Positions 27,501 to 32,919 of a DNA stretch of 64,000 nt are shown here, piece after piece. The notes beneath the pieces are model-generated. The model saw only the letters and a program-made list of their open reading frames with translations, searched no databases and was not told where the DNA came from. Within the stretch, counting starts at the first letter, position 1; each line of letters starts with the position of its first letter. The position numbers and the translations under genes are program-made. Source of the DNA: a virus. The stretch is from positions 22,967 to 86,966 of IMG/VR virus record IMGVR_UViG_3300044732_001099. One strand, 5' to 3'.

Positions 27501-29029
27501 TAGAAAACTATATCAACAGACAGATTTATGGTAATCTTCCAGAAATGCCTAAAGTAATGCTTGGCAACATATCTGTAAATATTGACTACATGTTAGATGC
27601 TAGTAATAGATTCATAAATATGGCGCATCTTGCTATTAAACCTGGTGTTGCAATGAAAAACGTAGTAGCTACAACATCTAAACTTTTAATCAATGCTTTA
27701 ATAAATCAGATTTCAGGCAAGAACTTTAATATAGCTAATGTTACTCGTGCTGTAGAGCAAATGTTTTCTAATGGTGAAAAAATACGAGCATTAAATGAAA
27801 AGTATCAGATTGTAAACATGAGTGAAAAAGATTTGATTAATCACTTCCAACATGTAGTAAGTAAAGCAAATGCTACTGAACCAGATGCTCAGATGATACT
27901 TAACTGGTTTGGTGATTATTACAATCAGCTTATTGGCGGTATTGCTCAAATGATTAACGATGGCACTTATGATGCACACGATGAGGAAGGCAATTACGAT
28001 GAAACCAAAGACAAAAGATTTGAAGGTGAAGATGGTGAGTATATCAAAAACGCTATTATTGAACAACAATACAAAGAAGGATATCATGTTCTTGATAATG
28101 GCAAAATGACACACGCATACACTCAAAGACAAGAGAACCATGTAAAATTGCAAGTGCAAAGATTTGTTGGTGAGTTAACTGATCCTAAATACAAAAACTT
28201 AGCATCAAGTTATTCATTTGTTCGTGCTGCATCATCAATGAGAAGCTATATGTACAACGTAGCACAAGCATGGTGGAAAAACCCTAGTCAAACAGTACAT
28301 CTTGGTGGTTTTAAAGTAATTGAGGTTGATGGTAAAAAAGAACCTGTTTGGGCACCAGAACTTACAGAGGGTATGATTAACACATTAATTTATTGCGCTA
28401 AAGGTTTGAGAAATGCTGTAAAAACAGGTACATTTGATGATTATAAAAACATGTCTAGTTTCCAAAAGCGTAATCTTATAGCAATGGCTACGTTTACAGG
28501 TATCATGGCCGGTGTTTATCTTCTAGCTGATTCAATGTTATACGATGAAGATAGAAAGAAAGTTAAAAAATACCGTTATGAAAAAGACCCTAAAACAGGT
28601 AAACGTAAAAGAGTAGATATTGATGAGCCTTGGATTTCTGAAAGATTACTATCTATGTTGTACGATACAAAATATGATATGCCACTAAAAGGTGATTTGT
28701 CTATGACTGAAATGTTTGCCAAAAACATACTTTTAAAAGGTGTTGAAGAACAATTGTCATATGTATCTCCATACAGAATGTTCCAAGATATAGGCAATAT
28801 GCCATCAACTCACATTATGCAAGCTGATAATGTAGCTCAAACATTTGTTTCTACATTGATGTTGCCTTGGACATTATACCAACAGCAAGATATTGAAGGC
28901 CTTACTAATGAACTTGATGAATATTTCTACGATTTAAGTAAGAATATGCCTCTTGGTGGTGGTTACCGTGACATACATGACACATACGATTACATGTTAA
29001 ATTATATTGGTGAATCAACTAAAAAATAA
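6518..29029 (+). CDS. Giant (7503 aa) polyvalent virion protein: crAss-type RNA polymerase, SF1 helicase and two zincin-like domains
   Basis: RNAP-like motifs NKRALSHTSTG, FDGQSF, MRTPS, GSDQDVD, VGPFANA, AATDNPKLLIL; SF1 motifs GYGGVGKS, IFADE, GDTLQ, PQG, TAVSRA; HEISH and HEFAH. Confidence 0.85.
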   Translation: MAGPDPNNNNLPEQTNNNPEPQKQQFVDPITLKLNNITEYEAKELGWTVVPMTLEDSYRVNQPSIGNMSPMQYQKLYRTYMEEDMYEAALSRRYDQNRDASYDFLQSIRRPAESKPGLPIQAHPKAWGISPENASKYQYVDSQKRLSEIGYEYGLRGTRRQVLNNEQIAESRKKYFDPKANGGLGEFKSIEAYQRSNHFGSPYRYAEDGTKKMLVMDNANKMWVEVDEDDVIAGNQLRSTWGTKEKDSGFFQHVSDSFYNGTVDLTTNMWGSMVETMGTMGKFMSGSDDVNSWQKWGRSVQNYGNAQKSKISEAAENEGMFGSWRAGFGTVSNMLPQLAAQAGIGFLTGGASAYVQALGKGGQFAARMMNGAPHMFGAIYAANGMNEEGKAAGLSDNDRMFMNLLAGGTVFAAEKFTSKFLGATGIADGFANKASREIVEQNMAKGTSEVMKKFAPTIISKTASAAEKEAAKEAASSTLGRYYLNGLKTVVATGKLGKNLGQNLLNGTQRLLSAPIRFGYTTTPKTLMGRTRGFVASAWEEGWEEEIEKRMNYWFKEAYNAGMIGIDGPDKYATPGKGMFDNTVHSKPYDEFFAGAIGGGIMGAIFGGRMKRNFSDKHAIEYALQFGGDFDKAYDALVSWKERVGFDSKITDPSDNFLSMFPETERKDIKSRNDIAFEALVEDVRAASQIIKTFKLTDPDKISRIAGGDMRLLTDTVDNLVNAKKLSTEIEGLKVQLQNTKPEDVNYKELERQIQEKEVDLKQVSKLADDVLSGKAIENYRAQTFVRGLLVNNEYNNLYNSIENETDPEVKRQKAQKAFDDSINNAETRDLWKDQEKALNLIYNSREILEQFKQSKATIEERTKQSNDFVGEFDSIDFNNPDSIIEVLQKVNGNHLQEIVGKKIDDISKKINDEREKIQVELDNDFNSVREKFGFDDVTFDDLYNKTGNDEIDAAIDEVLGKKKDKVERFSSLNGVDNEVKNAKTLLKNRGAVKYVPGGGIDTRTGEWNNGDYFTQQANQRKYKKVNKDVETEIDEKTFVSMQDAAKAQGKDSFEYNGEMFIAEDSNQIKVDGKKAVDRSTLVDDSQLFDFLEIDDVNELFLKMPTVGGMNIREELNKIAKEYDETKVLTAQMKEKLKEINKNITDQEEMLSVYKWAKMLSENKILSPVQEEYMDMQTFNEVNLPAYINKLAVDRSYFMNVAVSTLSKDDRDNKLNELKDNVIKMQAHVYNELVAELNGDDIVVNGQTVKFPGEISLDSSETEVMQAYQWMHYFIQNLTPDQKNEFKGAFDKFWSAKVESKDTVPSAQEQGMFLEGFDLMLDFEAFKNGYTTSKYYNKNNSYRELFYYHAINMMMNVDPMIAFGAISNVIDAVDASQKFELDKSKYPAGDHTAEQIMNVMIGITHLSENIKRNEANPDVAFIELLDHVKSTMKIGASREGRSNKAKGLYERVKNSSTGKYNTNGKHIKDNVMSFFGYGGVGKSTFVIKTLSEIALSLGKKNFVFIAPNIEQKNILENTVKNIFPKGVHAEFYLVSDFVKKQDQYKDYVIFADEISLYSDEEKNSIAFNYSKIGGKKISTVDNVGFIDESNTVFLLGDTLQAPPSGEIYDNSPRIEQFTQHGFNITSVKRSSFIEIYKIQTEFRRNAKNNELGPPQLFGYSYSEDDNVKKGVKLNNDKDGFLAESKAAVESGIGYIIVHSEKEYNDIINDISPDKHDRVFLMTQLNKSPQGRTLVGEVYVYMPYSTTDTKSQYNNNKLYNMYMLTAVSRASQFVSVYTGDGLGNKNSVKVSEDKIESFDDSVEAKVERKQQLWNRVSGVVKGLTAVKAVPAPVKNTNKPKAPVVQTDDLNQQEEAPKENAAANNTKGKGVKSNSNSPKKTTQVKTNNRKRKTTNKNKKQYEEQQETPEEETNEPVTAYEQNVSNQGDMPEDELNNLDGNQDTDTDHSNIESSIDNGEFGLTLKTGENNVNLVTTFVNGNPFVVVVGGTYRDKNGKIIKVTRIISNDDGTYSVKTSELKMVIPLEKFSELALSPSIDILDKYENALISFTQSGILTLFGKTIGYTPAMGPLTDKKALAAKYQEMANTTAMLYKNLGQRFEVKIDIVKGMPTVDWNGSVNTAFPYVLQVSIDNGKGFEYFTTHYLQDPQRANKTVPDNPQQENLEVYNNTLFGIVEKLYNSNRTEFYTSATKNNISASSFIGFHKDIPVMSYSQVKDMVGMYGMELTETFQGVNKNGIAETYAIAHFGNKDNGQKIIFQSVTASNMNDEQKNLMLNEVNRMRGILQNAVNQILPNEAVNKQALQGTDSIFAFNNSFALLNNAVIAQKLYTEKDAENKTTIEERLKLRLEVLNDLAAFLYPVKMLYPYKHESLVSQFRLNTKLQSGKEVTGIEYMSTVKGLFLRMPVMDISAGILLDDTKGLASKITNQQELENYTSSFAEIQSELEDILGEGIQLGIIKSDLYHGFVDKLGKIHMNMHNSAFNPKTLSHEISHYVSEFLITDEYQAVLFDEVDKKYGVTQKQGNWRNDLDARRTVAEHLADDGERYKSDRRNLKGISKVMRSFFDWFNRFMSRIGIINDKINDFYYDLYVAKKYKSLSGMALNTVRDEMPYDSLYSRIIYDDSSFNTVANNFFYDNQIARQVANNVAEIAAKEVIMPSMNRRMFLDGAMSFTDMINRIENNSREKVMYDTDENGNTIYKEQVINGKSMFLPVIRELTVDYTRPFLRWNYNATDENGNSVTGLHLQYYDESIKGYKTAVPNSQGVFFTEKRQREEFRRLLQKSVDEFEIETVNGLVSVVDKTVEGKMKLKGIISNKDKVLYKNAMLLNSKVFKAMINRIFPSLDVDTIINRDGQVRYSDILESLIRVQDANIRKNEEDTNPMDKQSDIMKLMLNTIPVYQFLPDGSVVEMRGKKLNYEVANKILTDIHSNLWIGNSQDGIEAFAKSMEMFINSKMMNNTNPTELNSDAKFISAYSIYKTYFDPQAKQRTDKYYYPSHTRIYNWNKQLSNKTRGTKDYQDALDRFYAEYLTAVNTEKESDETIRKQTPLTKDEFELNIAKRSKLSETILNSVITHFGSLTSNKFENVKKYGKGKRTTFVSMAKQSSSAHDTKLKLEQSIISNLQINGGLMPDRYVDLFINRKRPLKVKEGQEKANSYFTMTDRGIRYRHKTNDSSDLGVIIMPMENGKFRNMTPNEINKLTQYAKGAQTNISGIIRKVFTDFFNMSKSSTAKNAAKVLSVPKVGSNAHGIETLSDVLAPLIASMYVYTVERTVDPNQITAKQPVYPLYNQALQNTAKDSGQKENYGKITDSTIDSILDKDAGSNILKDGEEYFFPTGFYKELQALAEIMTYNENNPTILSLDGRRKLYTIGNSHNFNYKFSNGKNDALVEKFEEVVKGPHTNPNARGNKILNPILERKGVISSTPYMMGIDSTGKTAELKNMTVQDNLHAALANFTKNENQKALTYNISPVLIPVNNGGNRGRQHLFEVRLGHFNGNGNGFLTKQTIDNVDTFKLDVRNITSQLKRGFAIKEEAQVHSINRWMNFLMNPANNKITNNASSYFASLGLGLSPIDTTIPGWKAQRDATVAKLVEYLKNYDAWIIDDDVVGFEGSGLRLGSDFLIIKANKNDKGGRLYLGHDASMMNKVLTRNEDGTQKFRSIAQQLFNYSNYNNTVTIDVDDNNQITFALHEVLRTDDFNNEQIYVNYIDNLGLTQTYMFTDDDLQKIVDSLFEKHYKETNEIALADGYKMTSENVFDLYPYEDEIKVVDGINIYGTTPSVIWKGLIIGHAMVNYFSDHAIEGTEANHLSSVVYENETGSIAYGVNRNKRALSHTSTGFTPSFKTHNGMDEESRIMIIKDLKVNASISTLLGEINKEHIVFDGQSFNNPFSMEMYFNSIGGNNGSLNRRIQKSIAQQFNYKDGSTFLKKHAGFIVSKSMMDSSVDMANMFEYMLNPALRLVIKGEDLNKISFLKKSDIDNLANDSLYQRYLIYFDQSATETALKQTLSNINSKFGNLKTMLEGSLKYKNNAPAVDSILADWKNSQFNDTIVGQYDFIGKVLADTNNQGMLSQEGEKDHSRAIEMLVDFYADYRAKNPDTYKTKYPYLSSIQFTGNKKDQTKDFEMPFVAFNKSAGATHSDANGQFNQGRPMPMFVKDGDAAPTNFYELVDYWKNQTEDAPYDKWTYMFDNTQEITQLNPEREIDDNEESPMVQAMSIILANPNSLNTGLAQEIATDLSSLMRVGLENVMRFITNEGKWSEDVDQRIKDLKIQTGAISSETGVGLSNKEIATIENFVKSKIKKSMSQSDDTTMLSEIISDDQISLNVSHGAVTRAQQYVAAFLRKEAVKRKVDAMRLVQAGGNFIDIVEHKETGEVFMLAEAYKHAAKMGVSFDSLFDVNSVRGLKHTTIDTKPDLSVEQLAQVRAIDTIMNQAIAENPANEKQIKKDFSRIKMKYLAEQNLLDVSKGEAIVPAVMFKKFNIPGNVGLNEIFRLYGKKDGIVSETNLMEASSDYNATKELIQNYVNDNISFEMKYNSNGKPRVEVLYNENQSGLNTYFEMMFVDGLNKYLKDNYKKFGSIYAKVDKEMELKHGDSYRAMKEGSLEKSVEDIKQELRTRLAEESTAFAQSEITNLVDKYTDAITSVAITLKDNIGMRTPSGPGSGFINNIVGFINDASSVGYVNTIKNLIDGSDQDVDQFTIYYLSSTMLDSGKMSILEYNNWKDKQKKDGNYNVLSDEEAKVINNRLIRHLQRYYSDPLNAELTMAAIDLDPVKKAADGTYRELFKDGDLAHNIGHSFVYRNIAMDGQAVGPFANAQKLQTLLYSGYSMNQRRGIDSSIYNFKINKVENAIGQLEDEYSKVPVYMEMLINAATDNPKLLILGAMNITMNNADMASAMMFAPKDIHDYMRSMPGNENMNEVDAVLNFLKLDANKDIFNYVKSNSGMYNGGFSRSYYNTAYNYYKKLQAHGSEYEEQYKNNLNKNSDIFDSMVSFLINNVGYDEAFINTAIATAQTENKGDVLLSMIRNININNISKEISKKHNILKNVLDNFIVNNLDEITDNEFKAEIEKALNSKDVQASYDIVNSIASMSPIDNLANINEESKALSEKYKQFFKDLKSYKDNLKKNKNLARKTDPSYINEVYLVTKYAMLGDIMSDLVKVANINQFKQSKAYDQKKFENDFTFATGYTIDELIGIYDRFNSWKKDNGESSTIGDYFDANPNEKKPIEAVRDTAFKTKAHTMAQVDFSYMRDSIESPVTGEVINYYEDYHKIFDFASILLSRPDVMESFRASQMFKDINSSIFNIESTEIQSMIDTITDNIAYDILPEAKSIVLKEEISKYFVHLYLSEINNNGFESKVKEDIFKALEKFNILTLPMTAGLATSNGMMHNIGNPIGVRNFISNFPEFFDTVIRQSEMQRLKEMGSKFTAQDLESAYEFIDRIEKYSYNRMDYLEVQKSRVQNANENEMLRDGFNKLSNETQTLLSLYHILKNQFDTSRSFFGEVLPKKFLIDYSKFLKEVLPTKEISQDLNNISDMILSNTSLDLLKNEKRIYKDGKEFSQAPAAWYGVAKHYKKTIQTQKSKVGTTIRTFALATTNGINGVALTQGSATRTSLSNVVPFDSVINMYNDTDAMGNPITISLSYTPTILRNLNIPMSFSLDLRPHAYIKNILHGHLENDIQNAIKRQTQEGVELTPQDVLQIVNDVMSRDLNNVYNKKGIPALQDKATAMDMENLIRNNVFNITVNSILQKHGPNADAVLQSLDGKMLKDEYYYSDIAPSYTLHAALNMLKAEGKPFTIENLRAIESIPSIEMFSDTYGVQSNEDAPLVNLLGTFGNYFTRENARDSGYVVAVNMKGPNGVGTKDLFYEAAKEIFQDTSLKNDQLNTLLANILIADSIGMSTADMKNRINSLSTVSTSNIDLLKEVAFKTYYKHVDRNIDEDISKRHSTKYHNINKSIAEGKTTELFGSIKTTVETLQRYQETPYEVGDMIHFPDGIVGIVTNVTSENNVNYVINHKLTDNRNIFNAQRAIVSLENIMQKNNTRFALDGFVRTIAGIMPNVEYRYVNDEEARQIQRSEHDSVSFYQDGIVYINVDKADRGVAIHEFAHPLTLAMQIEKPELFNAIAQQVSQSSVMDYVRKMYKDDLDTEEAMILEAIPTYIQFRYYARLAHEMSPEERANWEMFFAEAGSIFKEALIGDVNAESSIDNVDFKTADLNSISDAILNDMLKGKEFVVRNKEAFNIARFLPYTMRASSASSVKNINLTNIDTLFQRKSHNTKDDKARRQIMDSIQGNTFSGLSGTYDLTMRNKDFYDSNGNYDQKRKEKFITQIVENEMAFYGGIEKNIIQFLDELQTLEPLAAAKQSLFASWNKRYDLPNATEVQKEQLTQNVQKMMNKLGYNPNLDQAMMLSDAEKTLGLKLPNGVKLDNTIVIVHNIGKPAQEISILNVSPEYLSNHGMEKNNIAAAFIGENLTNKEKKRAKKLQKVTLSNDNGHIEAVKTAVIAMAIKKSSPGTVIRKVGAMHVNGSNISVRSRDVDDTIRQIELLVDNVPQLRDNLEVDIRDIVSDKSLYNMDLYKVPVGTRLLNYFRTLISTLKPNDNYKKSVQNTIDQGIKVFENGDNSFYQDIQKAVFGRIMHLAEELDSDVAKAANEEYQFLLQTYRELTGYNEINTQRFNELSFDEKLIQTADRWTGQIRTWLFDQVDLASRKGVDEMVPFNKELNKRTKTLNTLSGNILNYGLDKTHDLFKPLFKKATGYDQNGKEVPISTHEIHCDINDAETARALANKEITTEQFEFGKWLADSMYEEFVQYVMTVERKNISQRANMTEVELRAAAENEVARRYKRGMMPVFVRSTGSALSEGKLMDALNMYMKNAGRFIGGALYEEFTQTEDAEYQKESFRKLMSPFWNQFQNAELYGGSFRMKLLGLDLKVRNQDRSLEVIAPELQNSLSYNLQNIGNYTMMASKRTKHMQRAVASANIAMDMLRGEEAMRGVNTKDAREHVENYINRQIYGNLPEMPKVMLGNISVNIDYMLDASNRFINMAHLAIKPGVAMKNVVATTSKLLINALINQISGKNFNIANVTRAVEQMFSNGEKIRALNEKYQIVNMSEKDLINHFQHVVSKANATEPDAQMILNWFGDYYNQLIGGIAQMINDGTYDAHDEEGNYDETKDKRFEGEDGEYIKNAIIEQQYKEGYHVLDNGKMTHAYTQRQENHVKLQVQRFVGELTDPKYKNLASSYSFVRAASSMRSYMYNVAQAWWKNPSQTVHLGGFKVIEVDGKKEPVWAPELTEGMINTLIYCAKGLRNAVKTGTFDDYKNMSSFQKRNLIAMATFTGIMAGVYLLADSMLYDEDRKKVKKYRYEKDPKTGKRKRVDIDEPWISERLLSMLYDTKYDMPLKGDLSMTEMFAKNILLKGVEEQLSYVSPYRMFQDIGNMPSTHIMQADNVAQTFVSTLMLPWTLYQQQDIEGLTNELDEYFYDLSKNMPLGGGYRDIHDTYDYMLNYIGESTKK
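10931..11830 (+). other. SF1 (RecD/Dda-like) helicase domain inside the giant protein
   Basis: Walker A GYGGVGKST at 10943, Walker B DE at 11171, motif III GDTLQ at 11303, motif V-like SPQG, motif VI LTAVSRA near 11810, in canonical order. Confidence 0.8.
13880..14270 (+). other. Zincin-like metallopeptidase (MPTase-type) domain 1
   Basis: HGFVDKLGKIHM...KTLSHEISHY (HExxH at 13973-13987), downstream AEHLAD; boundaries approximate. Confidence 0.65.
17950..21200 (+). other. Two-barrel RNA polymerase core (beta-like then beta'-like motifs)
   Basis: KR-x5-STG (17981), DGQSF (18140), RTP (20459), catalytic-type GSDQDVD (20564-20584), AATDNPK (about 21104); same order as in crAss-like RNAPs. Confidence 0.8.
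24690..25000 (+). other. Zincin-like metallopeptidase domain 2
   Basis: SFYQDGIVYIN...VAIHEFAHPL (HExxH at 24800-24814), downstream ILEAI; boundaries approximate. Confidence 0.7.
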
Positions 29030-29032
29030 AAT

Positions 29033-30316
29033 ATGCCAACTCTAATTTCAAACGAAAACTATGCGATACGCTGGGACAAGACAGAATGTAACCAGTATAC
29101 CATATCAAACATATCAAGTGTTTACAATGCCAACGTAGTCATAACAGACGAAACTGGCACATACACGGAAACATTTAATCTTGCTCCTGATGGGTCAAAC
29201 ACTGTAGTTTTGCCTGGAGATGGTGTGTTTAAGTTGTGTGCCTATGCATTTGATTTGCCGCTTAATCCAGAAGAGCTAGAAACAACAAATGGTAAGTTAT
29301 CAGTAATAACTTTTCCAATAGTAACTACTATAGGATTAGCTCTTGTATCATCAAGATTTTACGATACAGTTTATACCACATTTGTTCCTACACCTGGTTT
29401 ATTTAACTCTGTGCCTGCATCCTATCAAGGTTTTGTTGATGATTTGCAAGGATATGTTACAGCAAATGGCGGTGGAATAGTTACTATGCTTGAGCCAGGT
29501 AGTTCTTTACCAAATGTCCCAGCAAATAATAATCTATATCAACTTGTAGTTCAAGCAAATGATGTATACTTAACAGATGTAACTGGTAATTACGGAACTC
29601 CTGATGAATATGTATCTGATGCAACTTTGTATTGCGCTTACGAATATGTATTTGACGAAAACAAGCAATACGTAGCATCGTTTATAATAAATGGCACCGA
29701 AGTAGTTCCGGTAAATTCTGTTTGGAATATGTCAACTGTTCAAGGAACGACAGAAGCAGAAACAACTATTAACACATTTTTAGGAAATGCAGGTTATTCA
29801 GTAGCGGATATTTTGTCTTTAAAAATTTACTTAGTAAACCCAAGTCCTGGAAAAGATTGTAATTTAATAACACTTACTGCAGTTGAGTTAGGCCCGGGCG
29901 AAACACAATGTGATTACATTTATGAGTTCTGTGATTTGTATGCCTGTTTATCTAGGTTAATGAACCGTTGGCTATGCCAAGACCCATGTGCTGACAAATG
30001 TACGGCCGCTGGAGAATCTTACGAAGAAGCAAGACGCAAGGCAGTAGAACTAAGCACTATGTTCTTTCACGCGCTAATGCCGTTGGTAACAACAGACAGA
30101 CTTTGGTATCTTGGCAACTGGGATATATCAGATCAAAGACTATGCAATGTCAATAACATACTTGAGCTTTACAAAAAGATGCGCGACTATGTTAAAAACT
30201 GTGGCTTTGACTGCGGATGCGGATGCCCGGATAACTGCGGCGACTGCCAACCATGTAACGGATATAGCTATGCACCATCTCCTTCTAACCCATCAACTCC
30301 CTGCGGATGCAAGTAA
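29033..30316 (+). CDS. Structural (tail/ring-like) protein with Cys-rich C-terminus
   Basis: Beta-rich N-part; C-terminus CGFDCGCGCPDNCGDCQPC...PCGCK; in the virion operon. Confidence 0.5.
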   Translation: MPTLISNENYAIRWDKTECNQYTISNISSVYNANVVITDETGTYTETFNLAPDGSNTVVLPGDGVFKLCAYAFDLPLNPEELETTNGKLSVITFPIVTTIGLALVSSRFYDTVYTTFVPTPGLFNSVPASYQGFVDDLQGYVTANGGGIVTMLEPGSSLPNVPANNNLYQLVVQANDVYLTDVTGNYGTPDEYVSDATLYCAYEYVFDENKQYVASFIINGTEVVPVNSVWNMSTVQGTTEAETTINTFLGNAGYSVADILSLKIYLVNPSPGKDCNLITLTAVELGPGETQCDYIYEFCDLYACLSRLMNRWLCQDPCADKCTAAGESYEEARRKAVELSTMFFHALMPLVTTDRLWYLGNWDISDQRLCNVNNILELYKKMRDYVKNCGFDCGCGCPDNCGDCQPCNGYSYAPSPSNPSTPCGCK

Positions 30317-30774
30317 TAACAGACTTCGATAGACGAGTAGGCAATGTATATGAGATTGCCAACAAAGTAACACAAAACTGGGCATGCTCCTACTACGAAC
30401 TTGGTAAGTGGGGCATAACCAGCAATGGCAAACAGATGCTAATGCTTCAAGATATGGGAGTGCTATATTTGTTTCTTGCTATGCTAGAGTGGAAAGCAAT
30501 GGAGCATAACACATATAGTCTGACATACGATGAAAACAATTGCCCTGAGTGGAAATACCCGGGTAACTTTGTAGATGAAAAGTTTGTAGACTGCATAGTA
30601 AAGCATTTTCATTGCCAAGGCATAGACATTAGAACAATACTAAGAAAGTTTGGTGTGCTGCCATTAGAAGGCAAGCCAGACGGTATTGACTACATGCACA
30701 TTGAAAGTGGTAATCCACCTTGCGACAATAGACTATTTCAGATTGACAAACCTTATGGAAATGATTTCGTATAA
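30307..30774 (+). CDS. Hypothetical structural protein
   Basis: 155-aa ORF overlapping the upstream stop, between tail-related genes. Confidence 0.55.
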   Translation: MQVITDFDRRVGNVYEIANKVTQNWACSYYELGKWGITSNGKQMLMLQDMGVLYLFLAMLEWKAMEHNTYSLTYDENNCPEWKYPGNFVDEKFVDCIVKHFHCQGIDIRTILRKFGVLPLEGKPDGIDYMHIESGNPPCDNRLFQIDKPYGNDFV

Positions 30775-30790
30775 CTAAAAATATAAAACC

Positions 30791-31972
30791 ATGGCATTAC
30801 GACAAAGAACTTATTTCTTCGACGCAGGAAACGCAGATAGGTTTAACTCTCAAGACATTCCAACAGAGCAAACAATGTCTGACTGGTGCGATTCAGTACC
30901 ATTCATCAAAGAAATAACAGACCGAGCACAGCTTACTAGAGCCGGCATTGCAAAGACTACAACTGATGCAAAAATAAATACTGGCGATAATGTAGATGCA
31001 GCCGGTGTATCTCCATTAGGATTTACATCATTTGTAAGACCGGCACAGATACCAAAAATACTTGATAGTTCATCAATAACTTGGACTAAAGTAGCAAGAG
31101 GCGGTGCAACTAATACTGATACAGGTGTAGGTATTGAAGATTGGCGGGCAAGTTTTGATTATTCTACATTGCCAGATGTTGATACTTCTGAAGTATTGCT
31201 TGATGCAAACAAATCTGTTAGAATATTAACAGGTGGCTTTCCTTGTTCTATGACAGATGCTGAGGTTACAACTAATGCAGGAGATCCTTTAAATGACTAT
31301 TTAAGTGATTTAAGAGCAGCTATAAATCAAGCTAATCAAACTATTATTTCATTGTCTAATACTGTGTGCGATTTACAAAACAATGTAGATACACAAGTAG
31401 CATTAGGTGATGTTGTTATGTCTGTTACATCATCAGGTTCCTGGTCAGATAAATGGTTAGAACCTAATGGTGATGAAATAAGTATTGCAGCTTATCCTGA
31501 TTTATATGCTATAATAGGTTTTAATTATGGAGTTCCATCTACACCAGGTTTTTTTAAGTTACCAGATTTAGTATCAGCTCCAAATAATCAAAATTATTTA
31601 AGAGCAAGAACTAATACAGGTCTTTTGTTACCAGGTAATATTAATGGTGGTTCTGTCTTAAGAACATTAGATGAAAATGATTTGCCTAAACATATTCATA
31701 CTGTAACCGGAACTGCTTTATCGGCAGGAGAGCATCAACATTCGTGGCCTGTATATGATACTAGTGGTGCTACACAAACTGGTAAAATTGATGGTCATGC
31801 AGGAAATACTGACTCACAAACATTTACTACGCCTTTAACAGGTGCGCATACACATAATTTATCAGGAACAACAGATGATTTTGGTGTAGATGTTCCAAAT
31901 GAAGTATGGAACACAAACACAAACGTCACTCCAAGATATACAAATGTTTACCTTAAAATGCGCGTAAAATAA
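30791..31972 (+). CDS. Tail fibre / tail collar domain protein
   Basis: Collar signature LGDVVM...WLEPNG..ISIAAYPDLYAIIGFNYG...FKLPDL; HxH repeats (KHIH, EHQH, AHTH); N-terminal F..QDIPTE..MSDWCDS motif. Confidence 0.8.
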   Translation: MALRQRTYFFDAGNADRFNSQDIPTEQTMSDWCDSVPFIKEITDRAQLTRAGIAKTTTDAKINTGDNVDAAGVSPLGFTSFVRPAQIPKILDSSSITWTKVARGGATNTDTGVGIEDWRASFDYSTLPDVDTSEVLLDANKSVRILTGGFPCSMTDAEVTTNAGDPLNDYLSDLRAAINQANQTIISLSNTVCDLQNNVDTQVALGDVVMSVTSSGSWSDKWLEPNGDEISIAAYPDLYAIIGFNYGVPSTPGFFKLPDLVSAPNNQNYLRARTNTGLLLPGNINGGSVLRTLDENDLPKHIHTVTGTALSAGEHQHSWPVYDTSGATQTGKIDGHAGNTDSQTFTTPLTGAHTHNLSGTTDDFGVDVPNEVWNTNTNVTPRYTNVYLKMRVK

Positions 31973-32919
31973 TGAAAACAATAAAAATAGGAAGCGAAGG
32001 ACAAGATGTAATAACACTTCAAAAGATACTTGAAGTTGTCGTAGATGGATTTTTTGGCGCTGATACACATGACGCAGTAATAGAATTTCAAAAGCAATAC
32101 AATCTTATTGCAGATGGCATTGTAGGGCCTATTACTTGGGCGGCATTGCTAGGCACAGGTGACAGTAGTGTAAATAAAGAAACTGAGTTTGTTGAGTACA
32201 TGCTAACAAAAGGTAAGCAGGAAAAAGACAAATGGATTCCAAACTATTATCCCGGGCCTTTTAATAAAAGATGGCTAGTATTTCATCACACTGCCGGTTG
32301 GGATAATCCAAAGGCTACAGTTGATTTTTGGAGCAATGATTCAAACTCAGTAGCAACAGAGTTTGTAGTTGGTGGTGTTCATATTAGTGGGAGAGATAAT
32401 GGACATGATGGAGTAACTGTCCAGTGTATGCCTAAGGGAGCTTATGCTTGGCATCTTACTATTGGAAATACGCCATTACATAGAGAGTCTATTGGCGTAG
32501 AGATATGCAGTATGGGAGGACTGACAAAAGGTGGGTACTATAAAATAATAAATGGTAAAAATGCCTGGGTAGCAGGACAAGCAAACTCTTACTACACTGC
32601 TTATGGAAATGTAGTGTCTGAATCACAAGTTTATGATTTGGGATGGACATATAGATTCCATAGATATTTTCATAAGTATTCCGATAAACAAATAGAGCAA
32701 TGCCAAATAATAGCAGAGCATTGTCGCGATGAATATGGTATGAACGTAAAAGCTGGACTTGCCGAGCATATCAGAAAGTATGGAGTAGAAAAGGCATTCG
32801 GGTACATACTCGATTACGCAAACAGAGTGCCGGGCATATACACCCATGGCAATGTGTTTCAAGGTAAGAACGATATATACCCGGACCCTCGTATAATTGA
32901 TATGATTCTATCTTTGTAG
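31972..32919 (+). CDS. Endolysin: N-terminal PG-binding domain plus N-acetylmuramoyl-L-alanine amidase (Amidase_2)
   Basis: VDGFFGADT..AVIEFQ...ADGIVGPITW (PG_binding_1); VFHHTAG, AWH, SIGVEI, YTH...KND. Confidence 0.88.
   Translation: MKTIKIGSEGQDVITLQKILEVVVDGFFGADTHDAVIEFQKQYNLIADGIVGPITWAALLGTGDSSVNKETEFVEYMLTKGKQEKDKWIPNYYPGPFNKRWLVFHHTAGWDNPKATVDFWSNDSNSVATEFVVGGVHISGRDNGHDGVTVQCMPKGAYAWHLTIGNTPLHRESIGVEICSMGGLTKGGYYKIINGKNAWVAGQANSYYTAYGNVVSESQVYDLGWTYRFHRYFHKYSDKQIEQCQIIAEHCRDEYGMNVKAGLAEHIRKYGVEKAFGYILDYANRVPGIYTHGNVFQGKNDIYPDPRIIDMILSL

Noticed and set aside
1208-32862. Many short antisense or alternate-frame ORFs inside the large + strand genes (likewise + ORFs inside the minus block)
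   Set aside because: Shadow ORFs with F/L/S/I-biased composition, fully overlapping well-supported genes
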